The notes under the pieces: generated by a model
Databases searched by the model: none
Told to the model about the DNA's origin: nothing
What the model saw: the letters and a program-made list of their open reading frames with translations, nothing else
Part shown: piece after piece, positions 44,390 through 54,004 of the stretch
Layout: the number at the start of each line of letters is the position of its first letter
Numbering within the stretch: the stretch's first letter is position 1
Origin: a phage
Length of the DNA: 64,000 nt
Sequence record: PZ445488.1
Reading direction: 5' to 3' (one strand)
Translations under genes and position numbers: made by a program

Positions 44390-44745
44390 TTTCTACATTC
44401 CTTAATAAAGTTTTCGATTGTTTCATTTTCACGTCTAGCTAGGAGTTCATTATAACTAATCATTTGAGAAGCGTAAACCTTTTTATTTTTCTTGTTGTGG
44501 TTTATAAAATCGTAGTAAAAATAGACTACAGTAAAAAATGATGCGATGGATGCAAAGGCTTGGGTATACCGTAAGTCCTGCCATTGGTCTGTGAATCCAC
44601 CAGTGTTCCCTATAAATCCTAACACAACGCCGTCAATAAGAAATCCAACTAATCCAAAGGCAAATCCCATGCCAATACTCATAATAAAAATTAGAATGTT
44701 CTCACCAAGAGAAGGCCATACGGTTAAGAGTTGAGGCTTTTGCAT
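44386..44745 (-). CDS. membrane protein (119 aa)
   Basis: ORF track; hydrophobic core. Confidence 0.45.
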   Translation of the reverse strand: MQKPQLLTVWPSLGENILIFIMSIGMGFAFGLVGFLIDGVVLGFIGNTGGFTDQWQDLRYTQAFASIASFFTVVYFYYDFINHNKKNKKVYASQMISYNELLARRENETIENFIKECRK

Positions 44746-45149
44746 CTTATTTCCTTAACGAATTCCATAGCTTCTTCATATTCATACTTTTTAACAGCTT
44801 CATCATACTGAGCTTGGGCTTTTGCGCACTGAACTTTCCATTCTCTTAATCGGGCTCTGTGATGACGTCCTTGGTACCAATATCCCATCCAGTTAATAGG
44901 CATTAATAAAAACGGTACAATAAGTGGTGCGACGAACATTAATGAAAATGCTGCATCGGACGATATAACTTCACTAGAATCTAAAACGGCTCCTATAATC
45001 ATAAAGATTAAAAATGCTAAAGCTAAAATAGGGCCAAATAGTACTTCATTTGGGATTAATTTACGCTTGTATTCATACGCCCAGGGCTTACTTGGCATGT
45101 ACAGGGTTGGCTTTGACATATTCTCTACATTCCATAATAAATTGCTCAA
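44724..45149 (-). CDS. membrane protein (start uncertain)
   Basis: ORF track; overlaps the upstream ORF, so an internal Met (about 45098-45119) is likely the true start. Confidence 0.45.
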   Translation of the reverse strand: MSNLLWNVENMSKPTLYMPSKPWAYEYKRKLIPNEVLFGPILALAFLIFMIIGAVLDSSEVISSDAAFSLMFVAPLIVPFLLMPINWMGYWYQGRHHRARLREWKVQCAKAQAQYDEAVKKYEYEEAMEFVKEIRCKSLNS

Positions 45150-45705
45150 GGATTAAATTGTTAGTGAAATTAGGACTAACAACCATAGTTTCATAAAGCG
45201 CATCAATAGAACTTAAAGCATCAACTCTTTTAAGCAAAGGCTTGCCTTCATACATAGTTTCAGAATCGACGATTAACGTAAAGTAGTATTTTTTATTATC
45301 GACTAGAACTTCTGTATCGATATAAAACATATTAGACCTCAGAAGCTTATCTCTAAAACCATAATAATCTTCAGAGCGTTCGCTGATATATTCCCATTCA
45401 GTGTTTAAACAACAAACAGACCACGTAGGAGCAACGAAATCAGTGAATCTAATATCATGGTCTGCAACTAGTTTAGCAATAGCTCCGATATCATTAATCA
45501 TGATACCTGGGGCTAATAAAGATTTTCGGTTATTTGCATATTCAGTTGTCTCATAAGAAGACGACCAGTACCATTTACGTCCAGTTGCAACATATCGTAA
45601 TGAATCAACTAAAGACGTAGGTGGATTTACCTTATTTCGGAACTCTTCGAACATTGAGTCAATATCATTATTTTGGTTTCGCATGTTAACTCCTTTATTA
45701 TCCAA
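45088..45705 (-). CDS. hypothetical protein (205 aa)
   Basis: ORF track. Confidence 0.5.
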   Translation of the reverse strand: MDNKGVNMRNQNNDIDSMFEEFRNKVNPPTSLVDSLRYVATGRKWYWSSSYETTEYANNRKSLLAPGIMINDIGAIAKLVADHDIRFTDFVAPTWSVCCLNTEWEYISERSEDYYGFRDKLLRSNMFYIDTEVLVDNKKYYFTLIVDSETMYEGKPLLKRVDALSSIDALYETMVVSPNFTNNLILEQFIMECREYVKANPVHAK

Positions 45706-45733
45706 AAGGAGGACCGGAGTCCTCCGTATTATT

Positions 45734-46327
45734 TTATTTCAAAGAGTTAATATATTCTTGTACATCAGCAGAAGTGGTTTCGACACCGGTTGGAGTGCCA
45801 TTGAACGTTTCAACACGAGTCAGAGTGTCTTCGATATCAACCTTGGTCAGTGCAGCGATTTCAATTACATCATCAGCCGTAGAGATACCAAGGGCATTAG
45901 CTGCTCGAGTTTCACGAATGTATTCGAGTTTGATTGCCAGGTTCTGACGAGCATCGTCAAGTTCAACCACCTTACGAGCAATTTCAATTCGCATAGCGGC
46001 ATACCCGTCAGCTTTTGTATTAAGTTGTTCGGCAGTTCGACGATACAGAAGACCAAGCTTAGCATGCATAGTAACATCTTGTCCTTCAGCCAGGAGCTTA
46101 CGAATTTCACGTTCCTTAGAAGCGGCTTGCTTGTTCTTTTCATTAACAAGTTCGCGAATACGTTTTTCTTCGTTAATAGATTTAACAGAAGCCGTTTTTA
46201 GTTCTTTGATTTGGGTAATCAACTTATCTGCAGCTGCGTTATACTGTTCTTCGACAGTCAGATTTTTAGCCATAACAGTACCCAGTTTAGTGCGGATGAA
46301 TTCAACAAGTTTCTTCAGTGTGTTCAT
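45734..46327 (-). CDS. coiled-coil protein (PspA/IM30-like pattern, tentative)
   Basis: ORF track frame from ATG 46327 (AAAGG RBS); largely heptad-like, Ala/Lys/Glu-rich. Confidence 0.5.
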   Translation of the reverse strand: MNTLKKLVEFIRTKLGTVMAKNLTVEEQYNAAADKLITQIKELKTASVKSINEEKRIRELVNEKNKQAASKEREIRKLLAEGQDVTMHAKLGLLYRRTAEQLNTKADGYAAMRIEIARKVVELDDARQNLAIKLEYIRETRAANALGISTADDVIEIAALTKVDIEDTLTRVETFNGTPTGVETTSADVQEYINSLK

Positions 46328-46350
46328 ATTATTACCTTTCAATTGGTGGT

Positions 46351-46394
46351 TTATTATCCAACGAGAGCATTATACTCTGCTCTCAAGAGTTTGT
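46351..46394. repeat. 44-bp exact repeat, copy B (identical to 16940..16983)
   Basis: See copy A. Confidence 0.85.
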
Positions 46395-46397
46395 AAA
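46369..46397 (-). promoter_or_regulatory. early promoter (TTTACA, 17 bp, TATAAT) with the -10 between inverted GAGAGC/GCTCTC
   Basis: Minus strand reads TTTACAaactcttgagagcagagTATAATgctctcgttgg. Confidence 0.5.
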
Positions 46398-46625
46398 TTA
46401 TTTTTTAATCAAATTAACATAAAACTTGGCGTCTTCCGGGTGCATTCCTTCGCAGTATTCTTCAACCATGAACTTCTTAACAGCTTCATAAGGACCACTC
46501 AGATTAAGCTCAGTTGTCCAGAACTTGGAATCTTGTACTGAATCGATACGAACTTCAGGGTGACGGTTGCGAATAACTTCTTCTGTGTATTCATAATCAA
46601 CGACATCAATACTAACTTTAGCCAT
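46398..46625 (-). CDS. hypothetical protein (75 aa)
   Basis: ORF track; ATG 46625 with AGAGGAGAAAC RBS. Confidence 0.45.
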   Translation of the reverse strand: MAKVSIDVVDYEYTEEVIRNRHPEVRIDSVQDSKFWTTELNLSGPYEAVKKFMVEEYCEGMHPEDAKFYVNLIKK

Positions 46626-46654
46626 TTTGTTTCTCCTCTTGATTTGATAGGTCT

Positions 46655-46683
46655 ATAGTAACACCGTCCATGGTGTTTGTACA
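46655..46683 (-). promoter_or_regulatory. early promoter (TGTACA, 17 bp, TACTAT) + GACCTATC arm
   Basis: Minus strand reads TGTACAaacaccatggacggtgtTACTATagacctatc. Confidence 0.45.
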
Positions 46684-47187
46684 TCATTTATTTTTAATTT
46701 TGCAAATTTTTCCAGCTTCGATACATGCAGCATAGATGATGCTCTGGGCAATTTTATTGCTAGTAGACCTTGCAATCACACTAAGAACAATTTCTTTTTC
46801 TTCACCACCACAACCCCAGGACCTTTGCTCATGAGTACCTTTAACTACGGCTGAAACTTCAACAGAACGTCCGCCATCAGAAGTTTTAACATCTACAACC
46901 CAATCGCCATCTTTCTCTTCAACCTGTGGTTTATCCCAAGAAATACTAATATATGATTCACTGTCAATAGAAGTCGCCGGGTTTTTCTTTACTGTAAGGC
47001 CTTCACTTTCCAGCCATTCAATAGTATTTGCGCATAAATCAGAAGAACACCTCATCGGAAACCGGCAAGATTTTTCACCTTTAGCTGCAGTGTTATACAT
47101 CTTTTCTAAAATACGCTTTTGCACGTTTTTAAAAATAGTTTCAGCAGATTCTTCAGATTTTTTATTCAGTTCAGTGTAAAGACTCAT
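46684..47187 (-). CDS. hypothetical protein (167 aa)
   Basis: ORF track frame from ATG 47187 (AGAGGAAAAT RBS); the track start 47376 would read through the promoter and terminator. Confidence 0.5.
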   Translation of the reverse strand: MSLYTELNKKSEESAETIFKNVQKRILEKMYNTAAKGEKSCRFPMRCSSDLCANTIEWLESEGLTVKKNPATSIDSESYISISWDKPQVEEKDGDWVVDVKTSDGGRSVEVSAVVKGTHEQRSWGCGGEEKEIVLSVIARSTSNKIAQSIIYAACIEAGKICKIKNK

Positions 47188-47215
47188 AATATTTTCCTCT
47201 GTGGTTGATAAATCT

Positions 47216-47244
47216 ATAGTATCACATCTAGGGAAGAAGTAAAC
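47216..47244 (-). promoter_or_regulatory. early promoter (GTTTAC, 17 bp, TACTAT)
   Basis: Minus strand reads GTTTACttcttccctagatgtgaTACTATagatttatc. Confidence 0.5.
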
Positions 47245-47275
47245 AACTTTTTCAGTAAGTTGTAGACCCCCTAAT

Positions 47276-47291
47276 GGGGACCGAAGTCCCC
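47276..47291 (-). terminator. UUCG-tetraloop hairpin GGGGAC-UUCG-GUCCCC (terminator or stability element)
   Basis: 3' of the 47297..47923 gene; paralogous to the hairpin at 29368..29385. Confidence 0.4.
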
Positions 47292-47296
47292 ATTCT

Positions 47297-47923
47297 TTAC
47301 TTACGAGTTTTTGCATACTGAGCAGCGTCAGCAGCCAAACGACCTGCTTGTCGAAGTTTTTCTTTAATCTCATCATGAAGTGGTTGAGTATACTTCAAAC
47401 CTTCGATAGTCAAATAAAGACGATAAAGGTCTGGGGTATCAAGGTTGTTGATATGTTGGCCATTACGAAGACTATTGAATTCACGAACGAGTGAAGATGT
47501 ATCAGATTCAATATCACGAACAAGCGAAGATAGTTGTTTATATTTTTTTTCCAGGCTAGAAGTATCAAACTTAAGAGCAGGAGCTTTAGGAGTTGCTTTT
47601 ACTTCCGGCTTAGGCTCAGGTTTTGCTACTGCTTTAGGGGTCGCAGGTTTAGGAGTGGTAGGAGCAGGTTTTACTTTAGGCGAACCAGATTTAGCAGAAA
47701 CACCACCACTAACAATATCTTTGAATGCTTTAGAAGCTCTGTAATATTCTTTTTGGCTGGAAGTGTCGATACCGTACATGGCTTGAACGTTTTTGAAAAA
47801 CTCTGTACTAGTTTTTGTACCAGAAATAGCATCGTAAGCAGCTTGCCATTTCTCTTTTGTCATACGTACACCGGCTTCGGTGATTACTTCCGTTTCGGCT
47901 AAAAATTCATTAAAAGTATACAT
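47297..47923 (-). CDS. internal-protein-like capsid-targeted protein (Lys/Pro/Ala-rich)
   Basis: 208 aa; N-terminus MYTFNEFLAE resembles the T4 internal-protein leader; a late promoter lies 36 nt upstream. Confidence 0.55.
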   Translation of the reverse strand: MYTFNEFLAETEVITEAGVRMTKEKWQAAYDAISGTKTSTEFFKNVQAMYGIDTSSQKEYYRASKAFKDIVSGGVSAKSGSPKVKPAPTTPKPATPKAVAKPEPKPEVKATPKAPALKFDTSSLEKKYKQLSSLVRDIESDTSSLVREFNSLRNGQHINNLDTPDLYRLYLTIEGLKYTQPLHDEIKEKLRQAGRLAADAAQYAKTRK

Positions 47924-47958
47924 TGATGGTCCTTAGAAAGTAGGTTTATTGTTTACTA

Positions 47959-47966
47959 TATTTATA
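47959..47966 (-). promoter_or_regulatory. late promoter motif TATAAATA (minus strand)
   Basis: Exact octamer directly after the terminator and 36 nt upstream of the 47923 ATG. Confidence 0.45.
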
Positions 47967-47967
47967 C

Positions 47968-47995
47968 AAAAAAGCCCCAACCTTTCGGAAGGGGC
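47968..47995 (-). terminator. rho-independent terminator (GCCCC-UUCCGAAAGGUU-GGGGC + U7)
   Basis: GC stem followed on the minus strand by TTTTTTTG; closes the tRNA / small-RNA region. Confidence 0.6.
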
Positions 47996-48038
47996 TATAT
48001 ACCTTGTCGGGGTTTCCACCTACTAGGTAAGTGTTTGT

Positions 48039-48130
48039 ACGAAACGCCGGGATTCGAACCCGGTTATTAAGCAGTTGACGCTACTCAATATTTTTAAAAG
48101 GCCATATCTCTACCATATCCGAACGTCCCG
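48039..48130 (-). ncRNA. tRNA-like element (canonical T-arm and acceptor-like ends; cloverleaf not resolved)
   Basis: Minus strand has CCGGG-TTCGAAT-CCCGG followed by CGTTTCG, which can pair with an upstream CGGGACG, but no consistent D or anticodon arm could be folded by eye. Confidence 0.3.
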
Positions 48131-48298
48131 TCAAAAACGCTACTCGGCTTACGGCAAAGATATTTCCTCGAATCGATAATTCTGTGCGCCGTTTCTGCTG
48201 TGATGTAAGGGGATATTAACGAATCATAAAGATTTATTAAGACCAGTCCTTACTCAGGGAACATCAGTCCGACGACTTGCCGGTAGCGACCCGGCTTC

Positions 48299-48643
48299 TT
48301 ATTTTGGCATATCATCAATTTGCTCTCGACGCCGATGCCATAGATTAATCGCTTCATAAACACATTCAGCATTTGGTATATGGCGACAATAGTATAGTGA
48401 TTCGCGTTTCTGGAACCGATGTTGCAATGGGATTTCGTTTAAAAGGTCTTTACGGTCAAAGTATTCAAAACTAGTTAACCCGGAACGGTTTTTAAGAAAC
48501 TTCCAATGGCCAAATTCATTTTGGAAATAAACGTAATCAGCGTGTTGATATAATGAATTAATCAACCGGTCGGAAATAACTGTATCCTGTTCGTTAAAAT
48601 AAAACGTTAAATCATGAACTACCAGATAAATATTACCTTTCAT
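48299..48643 (-). CDS. hypothetical protein (114 aa)
   Basis: ORF track frame from ATG 48643 (GAGGAAAAT RBS); the track start overlaps tRNA-Arg. Confidence 0.45.
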   Translation of the reverse strand: MKGNIYLVVHDLTFYFNEQDTVISDRLINSLYQHADYVYFQNEFGHWKFLKNRSGLTSFEYFDRKDLLNEIPLQHRFQKRESLYYCRHIPNAECVYEAINLWHRRREQIDDMPK

Positions 48644-48661
48644 ATTTTCCTCACTTGAAGT

Positions 48662-48738
<77 letters not shown>

Positions 48739-48741
48739 AAT

Positions 48742-48816
48742 TGGTGACCCTGGCTGGTTTCGATCCAGCTACCTATCAGTTATGAGCTGACAGCTCTCCC
48801 ATTGAGCTACAGGGCC
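48742..48816 (-). tRNA. tRNA with anticodon CAU (Met, or Ile after lysidine modification)
   Basis: Hand-folded: acceptor GGCCCTG/CAGGGTC, D-arm GCTC-AATGGGA-GAGC, anticodon loop CTCATAA, T-arm GCTGG-ATCGAAA-CCAGC, encoded CCA; 3 nt from tRNA-Arg. Confidence 0.75.
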
Positions 48817-48895
48817 TTAATAACTTTCTATTATGAAAGGCACTTTAGAGCACCTTTGGTAATAGAGGGTATGAATTAATAATAACACATAATTC

Positions 48896-49411
48896 TTAAA
48901 GCAAATCAATCATTTTAACAGTTGGCAAAACAATTTCTTCTTCAATATAAGCAAATTCGACACGTTCAACTACACGCAAGAAATCGTAATCATAGTATTC
49001 AGAAGCATAGCCAAGAATATCAATAAGTCCTTGAGATATCTCATCGCCTTTCACAAAGAACAGGTCGAATACGCGGGCTTCGTCTTCTTCAGATTTATCA
49101 CCAAGGTCTACTTCGATGCCAAAGACCTTTTTAATAAATTCCGGTTGGAGTTGGTCTGAGAACAGTCCTTCAACCAGATATTCGTAGATAATAAGCGAGC
49201 AACGACCGAATGGTGTATTACCGCAATAACGTTCGGCTTTGGTGCTAGAATGACGGCTCTTAAATTTCTTCAAGAGATATTTAAACTGTTGGAGCTCATG
49301 CTCTTCCACTTCAAACAATGTTTTGGTTTTATAGTTGTCACCATCACTTTCATAGGTAGTGACATCAATTACGTAGCCCTTAGGAATTGTACTGCCTAAT
49401 CGAATATTCAT
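48896..49411 (-). CDS. hypothetical protein (171 aa)
   Basis: ORF track. Confidence 0.5.
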   Translation of the reverse strand: MNIRLGSTIPKGYVIDVTTYESDGDNYKTKTLFEVEEHELQQFKYLLKKFKSRHSSTKAERYCGNTPFGRCSLIIYEYLVEGLFSDQLQPEFIKKVFGIEVDLGDKSEEDEARVFDLFFVKGDEISQGLIDILGYASEYYDYDFLRVVERVEFAYIEEEIVLPTVKMIDLL

Positions 49412-49415
49412 TTAA

Positions 49416-49706
49416 TCACCGTACCATATTAATGTAATTATATTCAATGCAACGTAATTTCAAAGGATTCTTGAAAATATCATATTCAAGAGGGCCTTTT
49501 TCTGTTTCAATAAAGAAATCAAAGTTAACTGTGTTAAATTTATCATCTTCACAGAGTAATTTAACCTGTGAAGACGAACGGTCAATGTAAACCTTTTCAA
49601 CTTCAAAATATGTTAAAATGCCATAATCATCGACTAGTGCTTTAGCTGCACGTTGATCGCTTTCGTATCCATTCTCGACAGATTTTACTTTAGCATAAAG
49701 AATCAT
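49416..49706 (-). CDS. hypothetical protein (96 aa)
   Basis: ORF track. Confidence 0.45.
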   Translation of the reverse strand: MILYAKVKSVENGYESDQRAAKALVDDYGILTYFEVEKVYIDRSSSQVKLLCEDDKFNTVNFDFFIETEKGPLEYDIFKNPLKLRCIEYNYINMVR

Positions 49707-50083
49707 GAGTGTTCCACCACTTCAAAGGTATGAGCATCAACAATATGATACCAGTCAAAATTTTCTTCTGCGTTTTTATAAATTTCGCGAAGAGCTTCAA
49801 CAGTTTTTCCTGTAGCAACAAGGTCGTCAATACCACCAAGAGGATAACAGTCATAACCAGCAAACAGAAGGAAATTAATAGTTTCTGTAGGTTCTGGATG
49901 CAAAACACCATTATCATCTACCACTTCAAAGAAAGTGTAAGAAGGAGTACAAGTTTTAATCCAGGCCCATGCTTGAGCTGCTGAATCAAACGGATTACGG
50001 AATAAACGACAATCCGGGTCTTTAGAAGGATTTGCTTCAAAATCCGCATATATGTGATATTTCATTTTACTCACCTTTTGCAA
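49703..50083 (-). CDS. hypothetical protein (126 aa)
   Basis: ORF track. Confidence 0.5.
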   Translation of the reverse strand: MQKVSKMKYHIYADFEANPSKDPDCRLFRNPFDSAAQAWAWIKTCTPSYTFFEVVDDNGVLHPEPTETINFLLFAGYDCYPLGGIDDLVATGKTVEALREIYKNAEENFDWYHIVDAHTFEVVEHS

Positions 50084-50273
50084 TTTTATCCATAACGATA
50101 GCGATTAAGCCGATTAGAAATGCTACTACCAATGAGATAGAGTTTTCAGTTGTTGTCAGTAGTCCACAAATGAATCCTACAAACATCGAAAAACTAAAAG
50201 CCATTGAAGCAATTACTACAGCAACATTACGAATCAGTTCAGCGCGTTTCATTTTATTTCTCCATTTACTCAT
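50067..50273 (-). CDS. small membrane protein (68 aa)
   Basis: ORF track; two hydrophobic segments; ATG 50273 with GGAG RBS. Confidence 0.45.
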   Translation of the reverse strand: MSKWRNKMKRAELIRNVAVVIASMAFSFSMFVGFICGLLTTTENSISLVVAFLIGLIAIVMDKIAKGE

Positions 50274-50289
50274 TTGATTTGATAGGACT

Positions 50290-50316
50290 ACTATAACATA
50301 GTCCTATCATGTAAAC
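50290..50316 (-). promoter_or_regulatory. promoter-like element (GTTTAC, short 14-15-bp spacer, TATAGT) in palindrome GATAGGACTA/TAGTCCTATC
   Basis: Same element family as 50618..50647, but the spacer is about 3 bp shorter; probably weak or inactive. Confidence 0.3.
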
Positions 50317-50318
50317 TA

Positions 50319-50582
50319 TTAAATACCAGCTTCGCGTTTAACATAATCGACGTAAGCTTGGATAGCTTTCTTGCTGGTAATTTTTACCTGGCCTCGTCCG
50401 TTGCCTTCTTTAGAGTTTTTCTTAACAACTACATTACCATCTTTAACACCCCATACATGGACATAAGTACCGATGTTTCGGTCGTAGAACATTGCATGGT
50501 CGTTGTTGTAAGAGAATGATTCGTAGTTCTCTGACAGAGTAGAAGATTGAGATTCAGCGATAAATTCTTTATAGGTTTTCAT
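50319..50582 (-). CDS. internal-protein-like capsid-targeted protein (ipI class by position)
   Basis: 87 aa; N-terminus MKTYKEFIAE is a near-exact match to the T4 internal-protein leader; next to 57B as T4 ipI is. Confidence 0.55.
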   Translation of the reverse strand: MKTYKEFIAESQSSTLSENYESFSYNNDHAMFYDRNIGTYVHVWGVKDGNVVVKKNSKEGNGRGQVKITSKKAIQAYVDYVKREAGI

Positions 50583-50617
50583 TTGTTTTTCCGTTTGGTT
50601 GTTGATTTGATAGGACT

Positions 50618-50647
50618 ACTATAACATAGTCCTATCAGCATGTAAAC
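50618..50647 (-). promoter_or_regulatory. early promoter (GTTTAC, 18 bp, TATAGT) in palindrome GATAGGACTA/TAGTCCTATC
   Basis: Minus strand reads GTTTACatgctgataggactatgtTATAGTagtcctatc. Confidence 0.45.
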
Positions 50648-50650
50648 TAC

Positions 50651-50938
50651 TTACAGAAGAGTTTTTGCAATAATTTTAAGCTGAGCTACAGAAATATGCT
50701 TAGCTTTAAACAGTGCGGTCTCTTCGGCCGGAGAGATAACAACAGTAGCGCCATCTTTCTTAGCAGACCATCCGTCCCCTAAGTAAACAGTACCTTTTAC
50801 TTCTTCACCATCAACCAGACTAATCATCGGTTTACCCTCACGTCCTTTATTTGCTTTAATAACTTCGGAAGTAAGGGTTGCTTCGGTCAGAGTAGAAACG
50901 TTAGCAACAGGTGATATAAATTCTTTATAGGTTTTCAT
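50651..50938 (-). CDS. internal-protein-like capsid-targeted protein (second tandem copy)
   Basis: 95 aa; N-terminus MKTYKEFISP. Confidence 0.55.
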   Translation of the reverse strand: MKTYKEFISPVANVSTLTEATLTSEVIKANKGREGKPMISLVDGEEVKGTVYLGDGWSAKKDGATVVISPAEETALFKAKHISVAQLKIIAKTLL

Positions 50939-50972
50939 TTTATTTCCTTGAGGTTGTTTATTTGATAGGATG

Positions 50973-51002
50973 ATAGTATCACACCATCATCCTTATGTAA
51001 AC
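50973..51002 (-). promoter_or_regulatory. early promoter (GTTTAC, 18 bp, TACTAT) in palindrome AGGATGAT/ATCATCCT
   Basis: Minus strand reads GTTTACataaggatgatggtgtgaTACTATcatcctatc. Confidence 0.5.
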
Positions 51003-51015
51003 TGTTTTGTGAAAA

Positions 51016-51701
<686 letters not shown>

Positions 51702-51705
51702 TTTA

Positions 51706-52440
51706 TTACCTTAAGATTGTTTCAATTTTAGAATAAAGCTCTTCTAAAGAGCCGTCGTTTGTAATAACTAAATCGCCTTCTTCAATAGGCAACCCAGCTT
51801 CTGTAATATGTTTATCGGTGGATTCCGTACCAGAGCGAACCACATGAATAACTGTAGCACCCATCGCTCTAGCGGTTTCCATTTCATGGACTTGGCGTGT
51901 ATCGGTTACAACATAGTAATCGAAATCACTTCCAATATAATCCATATAATTTAATGCAAAAAGTTTAACCCAATACATACGGTCAAATAAATTAACGACA
52001 ACATCCGTACCGAGGGCTTGCATAAGACGGCGGATTGACCATGTGTCGTTGATATTATTTATAGCTTCACGCAGGGCTTCATATGGTTTAATATCTAGAT
52101 ATGAATATCCACCTTCTAACGATGATAATACTTTAACATTATTAATTGGTAAATATTGACTTTGTAAATAAATTAGCGCTTCTTCCAATAATTCAATAAC
52201 ATCCAACTTATTGAGATTTAATGGTGTTTCACGGTCATATCCAACACCTTCAAAGTATTCGTATTTCAACTCGGTGAATACGTTGGGGTTTTCAGCATGT
52301 TTACGCTCCCAGGCTATTGCTAGAGCGTCTTTAATTGGATATGCCAATTGGTATTTTACGGATTTAAAGTTTGAATTGATGTAATCAGCAGTAGTGTCTT
52401 TACCACTACGTTTGATGCCACTTAAAAAGATTAGCTCCAT
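51706..52440 (-). CDS. 1: deoxynucleoside monophosphate kinase gp1
   Basis: 244 aa; P-loop GIKRSGKDT; synteny 57A-1-3-2-4. Confidence 0.85.
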   Translation of the reverse strand: MELIFLSGIKRSGKDTTADYINSNFKSVKYQLAYPIKDALAIAWERKHAENPNVFTELKYEYFEGVGYDRETPLNLNKLDVIELLEEALIYLQSQYLPINNVKVLSSLEGGYSYLDIKPYEALREAINNINDTWSIRRLMQALGTDVVVNLFDRMYWVKLFALNYMDYIGSDFDYYVVTDTRQVHEMETARAMGATVIHVVRSGTESTDKHITEAGLPIEEGDLVITNDGSLEELYSKIETILR

Positions 52441-52493
52441 AGGTTTTCCTCATATAATTTATGAATGATTATAACATACAGAGCTAGAAGCGA

Positions 52494-53084
52494 TTAACGC
52501 AAAGAAGGGTGTCTAGAAATGGATTTAGATTCGACCGCTTGACGTGGTTGTTGAGATACAATGACTTCGCCGTCTTTTTCTATCGTCATATACGCGAAGT
52601 GAATAGTTGCTACGCACGTAACGGCAGGGTCAGAATCTTCAGTGTAACTAAATTCAATTTCGCTCAGATCGGAAATCCATGGTTTATAGAAATTCGCAGT
52701 CAAAACTACTTCGGTCTTATTGTTGTTTAAAATGTGCAAAGTAACAAACTCAGGACCATCGGCATGTGCCGTATTATGTCCGGTTATATAGTTATTAGTG
52801 CTGAGCATCCATTTATACATGTTCATCCAGGACGTCATGTCTTCATCAACTATAAATCGTACAATAAAAGGGTCATATTCAAATGTAGTGCCTGCACGCA
52901 TTGCACGCCCTAGCCCCATTGTGCCTGTCACAGTTTCAACAACAGGAATTCTCACACCTGGCAGTGGAGCCGTTTGGGCATTGAGCACAAAACCTGAAGT
53001 TCGTGTACTATCCGGGATATCCACAACAAAGTTTGTTATATTTGTTTGGTTAAAAATCTGTCTCGCTGGACGAGTCATAAGCAC
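52494..53084 (-). CDS. 3: tail completion / sheath stabiliser gp3-like (by synteny)
   Basis: ORF track; position between genes 1 and 2. Confidence 0.5.
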   Translation of the reverse strand: MLMTRPARQIFNQTNITNFVVDIPDSTRTSGFVLNAQTAPLPGVRIPVVETVTGTMGLGRAMRAGTTFEYDPFIVRFIVDEDMTSWMNMYKWMLSTNNYITGHNTAHADGPEFVTLHILNNNKTEVVLTANFYKPWISDLSEIEFSYTEDSDPAVTCVATIHFAYMTIEKDGEVIVSQQPRQAVESKSISRHPSLR

Positions 53085-53180
53085 CTCAAAAACGCTTTAA
53101 TAAAAATGCAGTATAATGGTTTTAGGTCTCTTCCATTAATCCGGTTCAACAGAATATCAGAAGAACGGAAGAGAATAGAA

Positions 53181-54002
53181 TTAAGATTTCCAAACAGTAT
53201 TCGCAGAGAAACGTTTTCCTTTTGACATAAACTGCTGAGTAGGTAACATGATTATGTTAGCCCAGTCTTTAGGAGCGATTTCTGTTATTGTTCCTCTAAT
53301 GTGGCCTGGCAGGTATGCTTTAATCATTTTGTCAGCACCTTGAAATCCTTTCACCTTGCTCCAGTCTATCTTCAACTTTGTGTTATTAGTAATAGTAGTT
53401 GTGCTAGCATATTGCTTCAGCAATTCTTCAAGAAACTGTTGTCGTGCTTTAGGTGGGATATAGTGCAAGTTTAACCCATACATCAAATTATGTTTACCTA
53501 ATCCTAAATAAATAATCAAAGGATATCTGTCCCAATACGGCAGAGTATCTTTATGTTTAGCATCATACACGTAAGTATAAATTTTGCCTGGCGTAGGCTT
53601 GACTACTTTATGACCTTTTACACTTTTCTTAATTGTTTCAACAAACCACTTAGATGATTTGTTGTTTACTGCTGCGCCTTCATTTCTAATCTTTTCTCGT
53701 ATTGAACTGCGAAACGAGTTTATCATCAGAAGTTGACGTTCTTGCTTATTAAGTTTATTTTTAGGTTTAGATTCAAGCGTTTCAATTTTCTGTGCAGTCT
53801 TAATAGATGATGCATATCTAGACATTGCAGATGTAAACGACGAGTATTTTATTCCTTTTGATTCTGCAAATGCTTTTGCAGTGATTCCTTTCTCTTTAGC
53901 TTTCTTGTATTCTAATCCTATCTCAATCCATTTTCTTTCATTCATAGACTGAGCAATCTTAGGGGCTTGTACGCCTTCAGATATAATTTGGAATATGCTC
54001 AT
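53181..54002 (-). CDS. 2: DNA end-protector protein gp2
   Basis: 273 aa; length and position match T4 gp2. Confidence 0.7.
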   Translation of the reverse strand: MSIFQIISEGVQAPKIAQSMNERKWIEIGLEYKKAKEKGITAKAFAESKGIKYSSFTSAMSRYASSIKTAQKIETLESKPKNKLNKQERQLLMINSFRSSIREKIRNEGAAVNNKSSKWFVETIKKSVKGHKVVKPTPGKIYTYVYDAKHKDTLPYWDRYPLIIYLGLGKHNLMYGLNLHYIPPKARQQFLEELLKQYASTTTITNNTKLKIDWSKVKGFQGADKMIKAYLPGHIRGTITEIAPKDWANIIMLPTQQFMSKGKRFSANTVWKS

Positions 54003-54004
54003 AA

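Noticed and set aside
48039-48130. A third tRNA gene
   Set aside because: Only the T-arm and acceptor-like ends are present; no consistent D or anticodon stem could be folded by eye, so it is kept as a tRNA-like element.
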